A DNA stretch of 64,000 bases from an uncultured virus (IMG/VR IMGVR_UViG_3300009008_000008) (taxonomy: Duplodnaviria; Heunggongvirae; Uroviricota; Caudoviricetes), in the IMG/VR virus record IMGVR_UViG_3300009008_000008, positions 62,001-126,000 of that record. One strand, given 5' to 3'. A program made the position numbers and the translations under genes. The notes below the pieces were generated by a model, which was given only the letters and a program-made list of their open reading frames with translations, searched no databases and was not told where the DNA came from. This document shows, in pieces, positions 44,776 to 55,500 of this stretch. How positions within the stretch are numbered: position 1 is the first letter of the stretch; every line of letters starts with the position of its first letter.

Positions 44776-47700
44776 TTTTCCTACCCTTGGTGGTGTGAGC
44801 GACAGCATCAGTAATGCCCTTGGAGGAGTCTTTGGGGAATCCTTCGGGGGTATCTTTGTTCCGGAGGCAGAAAAACTCCACCGACAACTCACCTCTGTAG
44901 TAGCCCGTCTAAAGACTACTGAAAAGTTTATCCAGGTTGATGCCGAAGCCAAGCTGACCTTAGAGCAAGAGTTGGCTACCGCTCGAGAGGACGACAACCA
45001 AGAACAAATCGACCTGTTAACTCGTCAGATGGAGGCGATGGAGCGCCTCCAAGAACTGATGGAGGACCAGGATGCTCAGTCCTACCAAGAGAAAGTCTTG
45101 GACCGCGAAGCCCTAAACGCGGAACAAGCAGCCGCCCTTATCACTCACATGCGGCAGGTTTCAGAGAACATGGACGTTCTCCAAGATCGTATGGAAGGAA
45201 GCGGGGCCGACATCGTTGGGGCTTACCGTGATACCATCATGGACCAACGTGTTGACAACGCCCACCGCATGACTATGCTTCAGGAACTTGTGTCGAATGT
45301 CAAAGAAACCGGCAAGTCTCCGGAAGTAGTAGCACAACTTGAACGACTCTCACGCCAAAGCAACCTTACCGAAGCACAACTTGCTACTGTTGGGTCCACA
45401 CTTGACGGGTACCAGAAACACCTCCAGGAGCTAGGGGGTATCCGGGATCTGCAAGAACAGACACAAGCTTTGCTGGATAACCAAGATGTTGACGCAGGTG
45501 TACGACAACAACAGCTAGAACAATTTATTTCTCACTTATCAACTTTTGACGATTTTGGGTCTGAGGTCGCTTCTCTGCGGGATGCCACCAAAGATGGTGC
45601 CGATCTAAACAGAGAACAGTTGGAAGAAGTTCGGCGTGTGATGGACCGGGTATCCGATAAAACTACAGAGGCAAAAACCCTCCACAGTTTACGGGAACTC
45701 AATACCAACTTTGACCGCGCCATCATGACCAACGAGCAACTGTCAGAAGGTCTGACAGAGAATAAGCTCCAAGAAAAATTTAAGGCGAACCCCAGTTTGG
45801 TTGCTGAAGGCCGGGAGATGGCAAATACCGGCATGAGCTTGCTCTTGTCCCAGATCAGCCCCGCCCTCGGAATGGTTGATCAGGCCTTCGGAGGAGCCCT
45901 GTCCTCGATGTTAGAGGCCCTGCTTACCTCTGCTGTAGGTAAGATCGGATCCGTCGTGGCAGCCCCTTTCAGGGGCATGGCTAACATGGTTACAAGTACG
46001 GTTAGCGGTATCTTGAGTCCTGTAAGGGATACTGCCACTGGGGCCTTCAGTTCCTTGACGGCTGGTGTCACTAATCGTGTAGGCATGGCCATGACGGCTA
46101 TGAAAGATAAGCTCGCCCGTGGTGTTGGTTCTATGGTGGGTCACGTACAAAATGGCTTAGGTAGCCTAGCCAACAGTCCGATGGTGACCTCGGCTTTCGA
46201 TAGTATTAAAAACCTGGGCAACAAAGGTATGCTCAAGTTTGGGGAGATGGTAGGACATGTCCAAGGGTTTGCCTCCAAAGGTATGACGGCTTTGGGTGGC
46301 CTTACTTCTCGCGTCACTTCCTCAATAGGGTCTCTCGTATCTTCGGGTACCGCCTCCCTATCAGGAATGGCTGGTCAAGCACGTACAACCTTCGGTTCCT
46401 TAACCTCCTCTGTTACGTCCACACTTGGAGGACTTGCAGCCAAAGGTAAAGCGAGTTTGGCAGGTCTTGCATCTTCTGGACGTGGTTCTCTTGGTCGCCT
46501 TGCTTCAAAAGGTGTTGCGTCTCTCTCAGGTCTAGCCTCAAAAGGCTTGGACCTTCTAGGTTCCTTAAAAGACAAAATGGGTGAACCAGCACTTCCAGGG
46601 GGAGGTGGTCCTCTTCGTAAGATCGGCAAAATGTTTGGGCCCGTTGGTAAGCTTTTAAGTAAAGCGGCCCCGCTTTTAAGTAAAGCGGCACCCATTGCTA
46701 TGGCAGGCATGGCACTTGTTGACGGTGTTTCTGCCATCAGCAGATCTGCTGATATCTTTGGAAAAGCAGAAGGCGAAAAAACCTCCCTTGGTGAAGATAT
46801 CTCCGCCGGTCTTGGTGGTGCCCTATCAGGTTTTACTATGGGGTTTATCGGGGAAGATACGCTCGCCAAGGGTATTCATGGGGTTGGCTCTGCTGTTAGC
46901 GATGCCGTATCTGGTATTGGGAATGTCCTTACCTTTGGCCTTTTCAGTGACGATGATGGGGGTAAGGAGGATAAAAAGAAGAAAGAAAAAGAGGTACCGA
47001 AGGTAGAGCCTAAGTACGTGGAACCACCATCCCTTCTCAATCGTATGTCTTTCGGATTATTTGGGGATGACGGTACTACCGAGGAAGAAGCGAAGGCCGC
47101 CAAGAGAAAGGCTATTATTCCGGCTCAGGTAGATGGTGTGGCACCAGAGGAACAAAAAGCTCTGGTGGACACCCACATGCAGTCCTACATTTCAGATGCT
47201 GAAGTACCTGCTGGGGTAGCCGGAGACCAGTTTAAAACAAACCAGCTGGTATACGCCGAGCGATCTAATTGGGTATCTGAAGCCGAATCCGCCGACCTGC
47301 AACCTAACTTGATGGCTAAACGAAACTTTCGAGCTCAGATGACCAGCAAGGTACATGGTCAATGGGCACCTGAACAACAAACACAAGAATCGGAGGTAGC
47401 ACAAGCGGAAGCCAAGGCAGTAGCAACGGTTCCAGCCGGAGCGGAAGAAGCCCCATCTATCTTGGACAAGGTGCTTGATGTCGCATCCATGGTATCCCCA
47501 ATAGGTATCATAGGGAAAGGAATATCCGGCTTATTTGGAAAGGAAGACCCTGCTGTTGTTGATCAAGCAGTACTAGGAGCCGAAGCACAAGAACAATCCT
47601 TGTTGTCTAAGGTAGGCAGTGCCGTGGCCTCCCTTACTCCATTCGGATTAATCTCCAAAGGGCTAGGCGCCATCTTTGGGGATGACTCAGCCCCTGATCC

Positions 47701-50449
47701 GGTGGCCGCTGAAGCTGTAGCCCAGAGATCAGCCTCTGAGGCGTCGGCCTCTGCTAGTTCCTTGTTAGATAAAACTTGGGACGTAGTAAAATCTGTTTCT
47801 CCGATAGGATTTATTTCTAGTGCCCTTGGTGGTCTCTTTGGTGATGATACTACCCCTGTTGATTCTGCTGTAGCGGGTGCCCAGGCAAAAGAGGCTTCTC
47901 TGTTATCTAAGGTAGGGGACGCGGTATCCTCGATTAATCCCTTTGGTTTGATTTCCAAAGGGCTAGGCGCCATCTTTGGTGATGACTCAGCCCCAACGCC
48001 AGATGAAACCAAGGCCGCCGTTCAAAGTGCCGCTGATAGGGCAATGTCGGCAGGGCAATCCTTGCTGACCGCCACTAAAAATATTGTAGACTCAGTACCT
48101 ATCTTGAGTACTATTTCGTCAGGAATCTCCAGTTTATTTGGAGGAGACGCCTCCGTGGCGTCTCCTGTTGGAGTAGCCCCTGGTGCTACGGTGCCCCCTC
48201 AGACTATTGAACAACACATGGACCAATGGGTGGCTTCTGCCGCGGTCCCTAACTCTGTTGTACAAGCCTCTGAGAATACTCATTACTCTTTTGTTGAAGC
48301 CCAGCGGGTACAATGGGTACAAGAGGTAACGTCTGCTATTAGTGCCCCTTCTGGCGAAGACCTGCAGATGTTTAGGCTCAAGTTCCTGAAACGTTTGCGG
48401 GACCTCAAAACAGATTGGATGAAAGGACGTGAATCAGAGGCTCGCTCTTTGGCGGCGGAAGTTTCTGCTCCTGTGGAGAGTGGTTTCCTCGCAGGGCTAG
48501 GAAACCTTTGGGATTCTGTAGCATCAACTGCTCAGAACGTGATACAAGTCGTGGCCCCGAAAGTACAGGCCGCAATCCCTGCTATTACGGCGGCCACTCA
48601 AAAAGGACTGGAGTCGGTGGCTCCTGGTGTGTCTCAAAAGATACAGTCTTTCACAGGAATCGACCAATCTACGATTAAAGGTACCGGGGGTACCCCTCCA
48701 GTGCCATCCGGTGCTATCACTTCCCCATCGTATGCCATGCCTCCAACTACCATGGGAGGACCGGGCGCAGCCTCTGGTGGGCAGTCGATACCTACTGGTT
48801 CCGCAGGGTCCGTGCGGGCTCCGCAGGAAGCGACTCGGGCAGTACAAGAGCAAAAGATAGGAGATGCTACTCCTAAAGGTCCTACGGCCCAAGGAAGTAC
48901 AAGACCTGTCGTGGCCTCGGCTCCGAGAATAACGGCTCCAACACCACCTAGTACAACGACAAGGGTTGGGCCTGCCCCTGCTAAAGGTGGTGGAGGTTCG
49001 CCCGCACCGCCTAAGCCCCCAAAACCAGCGACACCCACAATCAAACTTCCATCGGGGCCTGTTCCGCCTTCCCCTGCTACTATGGCGGCAGCAGTAGGTC
49101 CTGCAAAACCAAAAGAAGGAGGTCTTTGGGGTGCCTTGAAGTCTGGTGCCTCTGCGGTGGCATCTGGGATCGGTTCGCTGTTCTTCGGAACAGCGGAAGC
49201 GGCGTCGGCTCCCACGACCAAGGGGTCTGCCCCTGCCCCTGGAAGTGCTGGTTCACCCACCAGCCAAGCACTTCCCGTGGTTGAGCCCGCCGCTATAACT
49301 ACACCCGCACCTACTGCGTCTTCTACAGTCGTTCCTTCTGGTACTCCTATCCAACCTCCCGCGAGATCCACAAAACCGAAAGGTCAAGTTACAGGTGGGA
49401 TGGCCGGTGTAAAGGCCATGATTAAACAGCACGAGGGCCTACGTCTTAACGTGTACAACGATAGTGTTGGTCTACCAACAATTGGGTACGGCCACCTCTT
49501 GCGCCCACACGAGAAACATCTAAGGTCCATCTCAATGCCCCAAGCGGATGCCATGTTCGAGACGGACTTTACCCATCATAAAAAAGCCGCAGAACGGATT
49601 CCTGCTTTCCCCCAGATGAGTGAAGCTGGTCAGGGCGGACTTATTGACCTAACATTCAACATGGGGCCTGCTTGGTACAAGAAGTGGCCTAACATGATGA
49701 GCCAACTCAAGAACGAAGATTACGAGGGCGCAGCCAATAATCTACTGGACTCAAAGTACGCTCGACAGGTACATGGACGTGCCAACACTGTGGCATCCTT
49801 GATACGGGCAGGGGGTGACGGATCCCCATCGGCAGATTCAGGTCCTCCTCCCGAGACATCAGCTGCTATTGGTGAATCGGTATCTGCAGCTGTGCCCACA
49901 GGGGGTCCTCCAGCGGGATCTGGTGGCGGAGGGGCGCCAACATCGCCTCAGGTCCCTGAAGTGCCTGGAGCGGCCTCTCCAAGGGCAGGAGGTGGTGCTA
50001 TCCCGACAGGCGGAGCCATCATAAACGGTTCGACAGTTCCTGCAGGGCTTGGCCTTCCTTCTGTCCGCAGTGGTACCCAAGGTGAATCTCCTGGCTCTCG
50101 GGCAGGGTTCCCTTCCGTTCGTCGTGGTCGTAGGGGAGGTAAAGCGGCTCCCGCCCGTGGAAGAATTCGTGAACGCCAACGACCTTCCGTAGTATCGGGT
50201 GTGACCCAACCAGCACCGAATCCGTCTGCTGTGTTGGCAGAAGCAACATCCGCCAATAATTTACTTATGAGTGAACCCCGGGCCAAAAAAGAGGCCCGTG
50301 TTGCTTCGGGTGGTCCACCTCGTGGTGGAGGTGGTGCGGCTCCTGCTCCAACTGATGCTCGCGGTGGCAAAGGTGGGGGTGGTTCACCAGAAAAGAAAAC
50401 ATCCATCGACGACCCCTTGTTGATGCTGGCTTCTATGGAGTTATTTTAA
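44768..50449 (+). CDS. Tape-measure-like protein with a T4-lysozyme-like (GH24) domain
   Basis: 1893 aa; coiled-coil N-terminus; Gly/Ser/Ala amphipathic repeats; IKQHEGLRLNVYNDSVGLPTIGYGHL near 49420. Confidence 0.85.
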   Translation: MADFPTLGGVSDSISNALGGVFGESFGGIFVPEAEKLHRQLTSVVARLKTTEKFIQVDAEAKLTLEQELATAREDDNQEQIDLLTRQMEAMERLQELMEDQDAQSYQEKVLDREALNAEQAAALITHMRQVSENMDVLQDRMEGSGADIVGAYRDTIMDQRVDNAHRMTMLQELVSNVKETGKSPEVVAQLERLSRQSNLTEAQLATVGSTLDGYQKHLQELGGIRDLQEQTQALLDNQDVDAGVRQQQLEQFISHLSTFDDFGSEVASLRDATKDGADLNREQLEEVRRVMDRVSDKTTEAKTLHSLRELNTNFDRAIMTNEQLSEGLTENKLQEKFKANPSLVAEGREMANTGMSLLLSQISPALGMVDQAFGGALSSMLEALLTSAVGKIGSVVAAPFRGMANMVTSTVSGILSPVRDTATGAFSSLTAGVTNRVGMAMTAMKDKLARGVGSMVGHVQNGLGSLANSPMVTSAFDSIKNLGNKGMLKFGEMVGHVQGFASKGMTALGGLTSRVTSSIGSLVSSGTASLSGMAGQARTTFGSLTSSVTSTLGGLAAKGKASLAGLASSGRGSLGRLASKGVASLSGLASKGLDLLGSLKDKMGEPALPGGGGPLRKIGKMFGPVGKLLSKAAPLLSKAAPIAMAGMALVDGVSAISRSADIFGKAEGEKTSLGEDISAGLGGALSGFTMGFIGEDTLAKGIHGVGSAVSDAVSGIGNVLTFGLFSDDDGGKEDKKKKEKEVPKVEPKYVEPPSLLNRMSFGLFGDDGTTEEEAKAAKRKAIIPAQVDGVAPEEQKALVDTHMQSYISDAEVPAGVAGDQFKTNQLVYAERSNWVSEAESADLQPNLMAKRNFRAQMTSKVHGQWAPEQQTQESEVAQAEAKAVATVPAGAEEAPSILDKVLDVASMVSPIGIIGKGISGLFGKEDPAVVDQAVLGAEAQEQSLLSKVGSAVASLTPFGLISKGLGAIFGDDSAPDPVAAEAVAQRSASEASASASSLLDKTWDVVKSVSPIGFISSALGGLFGDDTTPVDSAVAGAQAKEASLLSKVGDAVSSINPFGLISKGLGAIFGDDSAPTPDETKAAVQSAADRAMSAGQSLLTATKNIVDSVPILSTISSGISSLFGGDASVASPVGVAPGATVPPQTIEQHMDQWVASAAVPNSVVQASENTHYSFVEAQRVQWVQEVTSAISAPSGEDLQMFRLKFLKRLRDLKTDWMKGRESEARSLAAEVSAPVESGFLAGLGNLWDSVASTAQNVIQVVAPKVQAAIPAITAATQKGLESVAPGVSQKIQSFTGIDQSTIKGTGGTPPVPSGAITSPSYAMPPTTMGGPGAASGGQSIPTGSAGSVRAPQEATRAVQEQKIGDATPKGPTAQGSTRPVVASAPRITAPTPPSTTTRVGPAPAKGGGGSPAPPKPPKPATPTIKLPSGPVPPSPATMAAAVGPAKPKEGGLWGALKSGASAVASGIGSLFFGTAEAASAPTTKGSAPAPGSAGSPTSQALPVVEPAAITTPAPTASSTVVPSGTPIQPPARSTKPKGQVTGGMAGVKAMIKQHEGLRLNVYNDSVGLPTIGYGHLLRPHEKHLRSISMPQADAMFETDFTHHKKAAERIPAFPQMSEAGQGGLIDLTFNMGPAWYKKWPNMMSQLKNEDYEGAANNLLDSKYARQVHGRANTVASLIRAGGDGSPSADSGPPPETSAAIGESVSAAVPTGGPPAGSGGGGAPTSPQVPEVPGAASPRAGGGAIPTGGAIINGSTVPAGLGLPSVRSGTQGESPGSRAGFPSVRRGRRGGKAAPARGRIRERQRPSVVSGVTQPAPNPSAVLAEATSANNLLMSEPRAKKEARVASGGPPRGGGGAAPAPTDARGGKGGGGSPEKKTSIDDPLLMLASMELF

Positions 50450-51114
50450 TGCCCTCAGTTATAGCCATTGATGCAGTTCGGCAGGATCCGAATTCTCAAA
50501 TCCGATTGACCTCTGAAGACGGTGCCGTCCCTTCGATCATTGGGTTTATTACCGATGATATGCAGGTATCAGGTGCCGCTGAGTACAACGCTCCTTTTGA
50601 AACAGCGATGGCTAAGCAGAGCATACGATTAAACGCGCTCACCACCTTGGCCAACGACTGGTTCGGTGCTAAGATTCCACAGATGCAACTCAAGTCACGG
50701 GCTCATACTGTGAACATGTGGGTGTCCTCGCAACGTCCTAGCTTCCTGGTGTCTTTCTTATACCCGGCTCTTCGTGAAGGGGAAGACATTGTGGACAACG
50801 TAAAGTATCTGGTGGGTGCTACCTACCCGGATGCCGAAGATGGTGCCATGACCACCTTGTTGGAAGCACCTAACGGCTACGCTGTAGGCGCTGGCGGGGC
50901 TCAAGACTTGACAACTGGTACCTCCCTGGCAGGTACTTGGATGTTGGAATATGGCCGGTGGTTCCGGGCAACCAACCTGGTCTTACGCTCTGCTTCTGCT
51001 ACCATGTCCAAAGAGATTACTCCTTATTCCGGGCCTCTCTACGCCAAGATTGACGTGACGCTTGAACCCTACAGGTTGATTTCAGCAGAAGAATTCCATG
51101 ACTACTTCCTGTAG
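50449..51114 (+). CDS. Baseplate tube cap/initiator-like protein
   Basis: Position after the tape measure gene; GPLYAKIDVTL pattern. Confidence 0.5.
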   Translation: MPSVIAIDAVRQDPNSQIRLTSEDGAVPSIIGFITDDMQVSGAAEYNAPFETAMAKQSIRLNALTTLANDWFGAKIPQMQLKSRAHTVNMWVSSQRPSFLVSFLYPALREGEDIVDNVKYLVGATYPDAEDGAMTTLLEAPNGYAVGAGGAQDLTTGTSLAGTWMLEYGRWFRATNLVLRSASATMSKEITPYSGPLYAKIDVTLEPYRLISAEEFHDYFL

Positions 51115-51122
51115 GAGCCTAC

Positions 51123-51512
51123 ATGTTTTTCTTTGATCCTGATGTTGAGTCTGCCGATCGTTATGACCTATCCAAGTTTATGGCCTGGCGCGAGGACACC
51201 TACGATTTCCTTGACAGCCTATTCCTAGAACAGTTACGGTTGATCCCCCATAGGGGAGAGTTCATCATTCAAAACGAGGAACGTAGGCCCGACCTGATTG
51301 CTTGGAAGGTGTACAGGGACGTTCGGTACTGGTGGCTTATTCTACACTATAATGATATCCCTGACCATGAAGAGCTCTTGTCTGGCATGGTTCTCAAACT
51401 CCCCTCTATCTCGGATGTAGAAGACCTGTATTTCAGGCTCCGCGCTCTTGAACGGTCTGCCGAAAGGTCAGGGGCTGTTAACCTTCCAACACTTGTGGTG
51501 ACAGCAGGATGA
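51123..51512 (+). CDS. Baseplate wedge protein, T4 gp53-like (LysM)
   Basis: RPDLIAWKVYRDVRYWWLILHYNDI...GMVLKLPS. Confidence 0.85.
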   Translation: MFFFDPDVESADRYDLSKFMAWREDTYDFLDSLFLEQLRLIPHRGEFIIQNEERRPDLIAWKVYRDVRYWWLILHYNDIPDHEELLSGMVLKLPSISDVEDLYFRLRALERSAERSGAVNLPTLVVTAG

Positions 51513-52636
51513 TAGGCGTTGATGGCCAATACTTACTTTCATTCTCTCTTGGGGGCTTAACGGATTTCCTCGAGGAAGAGGACATCATTGACTTTGTCCT
51601 CATCGAGGATGCAGGTAACATCCTACCTACCTTTGAACTTAAGGTCCTGATTCGTGATCAATCGGTGATCTCCAAGTTTAACGAAGGTAACGTCATGAGT
51701 CTTTCATTTGGTGCCACCAAGGACGCCATGATTGACACCAGGCTAGTTATCTTTCGGTCGAATGTAACTCGTGCTGGTAAAGGTTCCTACACGTTGGTCA
51801 TTCGCGGTATGTATGATGCCATCCCTTACATCTCGGATCCCAAGCTCAAGACGCACGATGCCAAGTCAGCAGTGGAAACCATCCAGGCTGTAGTGGGTTC
51901 TCACTTCACGCCAGACATTGATCCTGGTACTTCCTCCGATAGCCAGCAATGGTGGCAGTTTAATACCTCGGATAAAAAATTTGTTTCCGACTGTTGGATG
52001 CGTACCGATTTTCCCAACTCCTTCCCCCTTATTGGTATCTCCAGTGATGGTAAGTTTCGTATGCGGGATGCCAAGCAAGCGGCAGGTCAATCTCCCGCTT
52101 ACACATTCTCCTACGACCCAAAAGGACCTAAAGAAATAGGCATCGAAGGCGACTATTTTGCGGACTCCAATACGGGGTTTATGAATCTCTGGAAGGGATA
52201 TGGAGAAGACCGCTTGATCTACGACATTGAAGCCGGTACCTCTAGTACCGTGTCAGAAGAAGCGGAGCCTGTACTAGCCCTATCTAGTAGCCTAAACCGA
52301 AAGTCTGGTATGGGTAAACGAGTAGGGCAGATCGCGTTCAACAGTGAAAACGTGCACAACAATTACTTCGCAGCACAGAACCGTAACCAAATGAACCTAG
52401 CGGTATTCAGCTCTGCTAAGGTAACGTTCTCTTTTAGCAGTGCATTACTCCCGGTACGGGTACTAGACCTTATTATGTTCAAGGATGACAAACCAAACAA
52501 AGCAGAAGCCGCCGATCATTACACAGGTCTTTGGTTTGTTACCAAGGTAAGTCGATCGGCTGGAGCCAAGCAGTTTACCACCCTATTGGAGGTGTGTCGT
52601 GAGGGCTTCAGCGATACCCAAGGGAGCTTCAAATAA
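51509..52636 (+). CDS. Baseplate hub protein (gp27-like)
   Basis: Gene order; C-terminal YTGLWFVTKV...TLLEVCRE. Confidence 0.7.
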   Translation: MIGVDGQYLLSFSLGGLTDFLEEEDIIDFVLIEDAGNILPTFELKVLIRDQSVISKFNEGNVMSLSFGATKDAMIDTRLVIFRSNVTRAGKGSYTLVIRGMYDAIPYISDPKLKTHDAKSAVETIQAVVGSHFTPDIDPGTSSDSQQWWQFNTSDKKFVSDCWMRTDFPNSFPLIGISSDGKFRMRDAKQAAGQSPAYTFSYDPKGPKEIGIEGDYFADSNTGFMNLWKGYGEDRLIYDIEAGTSSTVSEEAEPVLALSSSLNRKSGMGKRVGQIAFNSENVHNNYFAAQNRNQMNLAVFSSAKVTFSFSSALLPVRVLDLIMFKDDKPNKAEAADHYTGLWFVTKVSRSAGAKQFTTLLEVCREGFSDTQGSFK

Positions 52637-53388
52637 TGTCCATGTTCAAGATTGGAGAGCACATCAAAAAGCCGAACCTGTTATCGGTTCCCCACATGGG
52701 CACAGTGGTAGACAACATGGATCCGAAGAAGCTGGGTCGGGTGAAGTGTACGATTCCGACTATCATGGATGGCGCTCCAGATAAATTACCTTGGATCTAT
52801 CCGATGGCGCCTATCGGGCTTGGTGGAAGCCTTGAGAGCTGCACCTTTTCTGTACCTGAGATGGACTCACGGTTGACCATAGTGTTTCCTTTCGATGACG
52901 TTCATGCTCCATTTTATATTGGATACTGGCGGTCTGAGAAGACACAACCACATGAAACGTTTGATGAGAGCGAGGAAGGTGCCAAGTACCCAGAGATTTA
53001 TGGGCACATCAACAGCAAAGGGGATTGGTTCCTGATTGCCAAGGACCAAGAATGGATGAAAGCCTACCACCATACTGGTACCTTTATTAAAGTAGACAAG
53101 TATGGTGACGTGTACATCGAGCAGGTTCGTGACATGTACATGGAAAACGCTCGTGACATATTTATTGAGAATGGGCGAGACATCCAGATTGGGAATGGTC
53201 GGGATATTGTTCTGTCCAATGGGAATGACATCGACATTGTTAATGGTAACAACATCACCATTAACAACGGAACGGACATCAACATTGACACTGGTGGAAA
53301 CGTCACGATTAACGTTGGAGGTAATGTCGATTTGACGGCTGGCGGTAACGTGCGGGTGACCGCCGCCATGATTTTTCAAAATTCGTAG
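52636..53388 (+). CDS. Baseplate central spike (gp5/gpV OB fold plus beta-helix)
   Basis: GTVVDNMDPKKLGRVKC, LPW, VPE; 8-residue DIxIxNG repeats. Confidence 0.9.
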   Translation: MSMFKIGEHIKKPNLLSVPHMGTVVDNMDPKKLGRVKCTIPTIMDGAPDKLPWIYPMAPIGLGGSLESCTFSVPEMDSRLTIVFPFDDVHAPFYIGYWRSEKTQPHETFDESEEGAKYPEIYGHINSKGDWFLIAKDQEWMKAYHHTGTFIKVDKYGDVYIEQVRDMYMENARDIFIENGRDIQIGNGRDIVLSNGNDIDIVNGNNITINNGTDINIDTGGNVTINVGGNVDLTAGGNVRVTAAMIFQNS

Positions 53389-53397
53389 GAGCCGGTA

Positions 53398-53703
53398 GTG
53401 CCAAATGATAGTCGTATTAGTGACATTGGGGTAGGGATTTGCTGTTGCCATTGTCCTGCCTGCTGTATTGGAATGTCAGGACATCTTATTACAGGGGCTT
53501 CCACCGTTATCTACGAGGGGATGCCGACCTCTCGGTTGACAGATATCGTGCTGGGCTTCTGTGGTCACACAGGTACAATGGTAACGAGTAGTACCACGGT
53601 TATAGTGGAGGGCTTGGGTACTGTTCGTATAGGGGACAATTTTGAGGGGTGCTTTACAGGTGTACTTGTGACAGGGGCCTCTACAATCATTTCGGGAGGG
53701 TAG
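53398..53703 (+). CDS. PAAR-like spike tip protein
   Basis: Cys/His-rich; SRxxD and ITGASTV repeats; follows the spike gene. Confidence 0.8.
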   Translation: MPNDSRISDIGVGICCCHCPACCIGMSGHLITGASTVIYEGMPTSRLTDIVLGFCGHTGTMVTSSTTVIVEGLGTVRIGDNFEGCFTGVLVTGASTIISGG

Positions 53704-53704
53704 T

Positions 53705-55105
53705 ATGTTACGCGGAGCCGATAACTGGGTTAACGCCCATGATTACTTAAAGAACCAGATTTTGATTTATAATTACCTGGATGAGGAGCAACGTCATAAG
53801 GTCATGATGAAGTTTTGGATCCTGGATGGTGTTATTTTAATAGAGGATGGAGGCGAAGGTATAGACACGGATGTAATGTCTCCTATGAACCATGTGAAGA
53901 GCCTCCTGAATGAGTTAAAGTTCCTTGATCGGTACATTCGCACCAAGGATGGTCTCTTGCTTTTTGGTGAGGAACCGTTTGATCTGATGGTGTCCAAGCG
54001 TGAAGCAAACATGGCGAAATGGGTTACAGACCCTTACCTGCCTTCTTGTCAGATTGTGGTAGGGGACGACGGGCTCCCACGGGTTGTTGAAGGTTCTTGT
54101 CGGAATAAATACGACTACGAGATGCCCTTTAATAGCCGACCAACTTTATTAACCTCTGAGCAGTTCGAAGAGTTATACCAATTGTTCAAGGTAAAGCAAG
54201 AGGCTGGTGAATTGTCTACTGCTTTTGATATCATGGTCAGCCTAACCGATTACAATTTGGACCAGGAGGCATTCTCCACAGAGACCGCCATTAATGGTTA
54301 TGGGGTTAAAGAAGGAACCTTTGAAGAGTCGGCAGTCGCTGGTCAAAAGAAAGCCATGGGGATCGACTATAACGTGGTTCGCGAGATGCAAAGGATTCAT
54401 GAGGAACTATGGCCCTACATACAAAATTTGAATCCGCCATCACCTACGCCCCCACCCGCTGAGCTTATTGACACCGACGCCGAGCCAGACCCTGAAACTG
54501 GTGAACTACCAATGAAGCCTAACCCGCTCTCTTGGCCCTCCAGTGTCGTGGCTATCGCAGGGTTTCCACAGAATAGGGTACAAATCGAAGCTCTGGGAGG
54601 TGAAGGCCCTTCGCACAAAGGTATCATACCTGTTGGGGGTGGTTACCTTTTCCGCTTCCTAAACGTTGACGGTACTGTGAATACCACTATTCCCGACCCA
54701 TCAGCGGAACCCCCAATTGATTATCTGGATGCTGGTATCCAATACGGGGATGTTGAGTGGGACGTCTCCAATTTTTCTTGGGTGCACTATTATATCGAAA
54801 CAGACGATGATGAAGGTACAGAGGAATCCCACCTACATAAGTTAAGCAGTGGAGACTTTACAGGGTTCCCTCATGGGGCAGATACTCCTGGGGCAGGCAC
54901 CCAAGAAAGGTTCCTCTCACTCGCCGAGCGTTGGGCTAATTTGAATGATATACGAGAGAACCGTATACAACAGACAGGCACGCGTGTAACGGTGGAAAGT
55001 CAGTGGAAGATACTGTCTGACCATATACGCTATTTGGAGACCATTAAGGACCAGAAACAACAGTATGGTGACACCTTGAAGGAGATTTGTCCGGAGTTTA
55101 CCTAA
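53705..55105 (+). CDS. Hypothetical acidic protein in the baseplate operon
   Basis: 466 aa, coupled to both neighbours. Confidence 0.65.
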   Translation: MLRGADNWVNAHDYLKNQILIYNYLDEEQRHKVMMKFWILDGVILIEDGGEGIDTDVMSPMNHVKSLLNELKFLDRYIRTKDGLLLFGEEPFDLMVSKREANMAKWVTDPYLPSCQIVVGDDGLPRVVEGSCRNKYDYEMPFNSRPTLLTSEQFEELYQLFKVKQEAGELSTAFDIMVSLTDYNLDQEAFSTETAINGYGVKEGTFEESAVAGQKKAMGIDYNVVREMQRIHEELWPYIQNLNPPSPTPPPAELIDTDAEPDPETGELPMKPNPLSWPSSVVAIAGFPQNRVQIEALGGEGPSHKGIIPVGGGYLFRFLNVDGTVNTTIPDPSAEPPIDYLDAGIQYGDVEWDVSNFSWVHYYIETDDDEGTEESHLHKLSSGDFTGFPHGADTPGAGTQERFLSLAERWANLNDIRENRIQQTGTRVTVESQWKILSDHIRYLETIKDQKQQYGDTLKEICPEFT

Positions 55106-55500
55106 TGACCATATATTCTGACATGAACCAATATAAGTTTGGGCCGCAGATTAAGCCCATGCTTCATGACGTGGAGCCGGTTTACCAGTCTATTAATAAT
55201 ATTCTGGCGACTGATCCTGGCGAACGTCTCATGAATCCTGAGTTTGGATCGCGTTTGCGCGACTTGTTAATGCAACCGATTGATGCCATTACTACGAGTG
55301 AAATCTATGCCGCTGTGGTTCAGGCAATCAAGCGTTGGGAGCCGAGGGTAATTTTAATTCATGCGAAGTCGAAGGTGGTGGCGTTCCCTGATGAAAATCG
55401 GTACGAGGTCCAACTCTATTTCAAAATCCGAGGCATTGAAGGCCAGGTGTTCGATTACATTGGGTCCGCAGTGAAGCTTGGGAAAACGGCGGTGTTTTAA
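55105..55500 (+). CDS. Baseplate wedge gp25/GPW-like protein
   Basis: QSINNILATDPGERLMNPEFGSRL...AIKRWEPRV. Confidence 0.92.
   Translation: MTIYSDMNQYKFGPQIKPMLHDVEPVYQSINNILATDPGERLMNPEFGSRLRDLLMQPIDAITTSEIYAAVVQAIKRWEPRVILIHAKSKVVAFPDENRYEVQLYFKIRGIEGQVFDYIGSAVKLGKTAVF

Noticed and set aside
34618..50406. Long antisense or alternate-frame ORFs (e.g. 34704-35690, 38554-39510, 41002-41745, 42034-42873, 48634-49371)
   Set aside because: They shadow well-supported genes on the other strand and lack RBS or motifs; attributable to codon bias.
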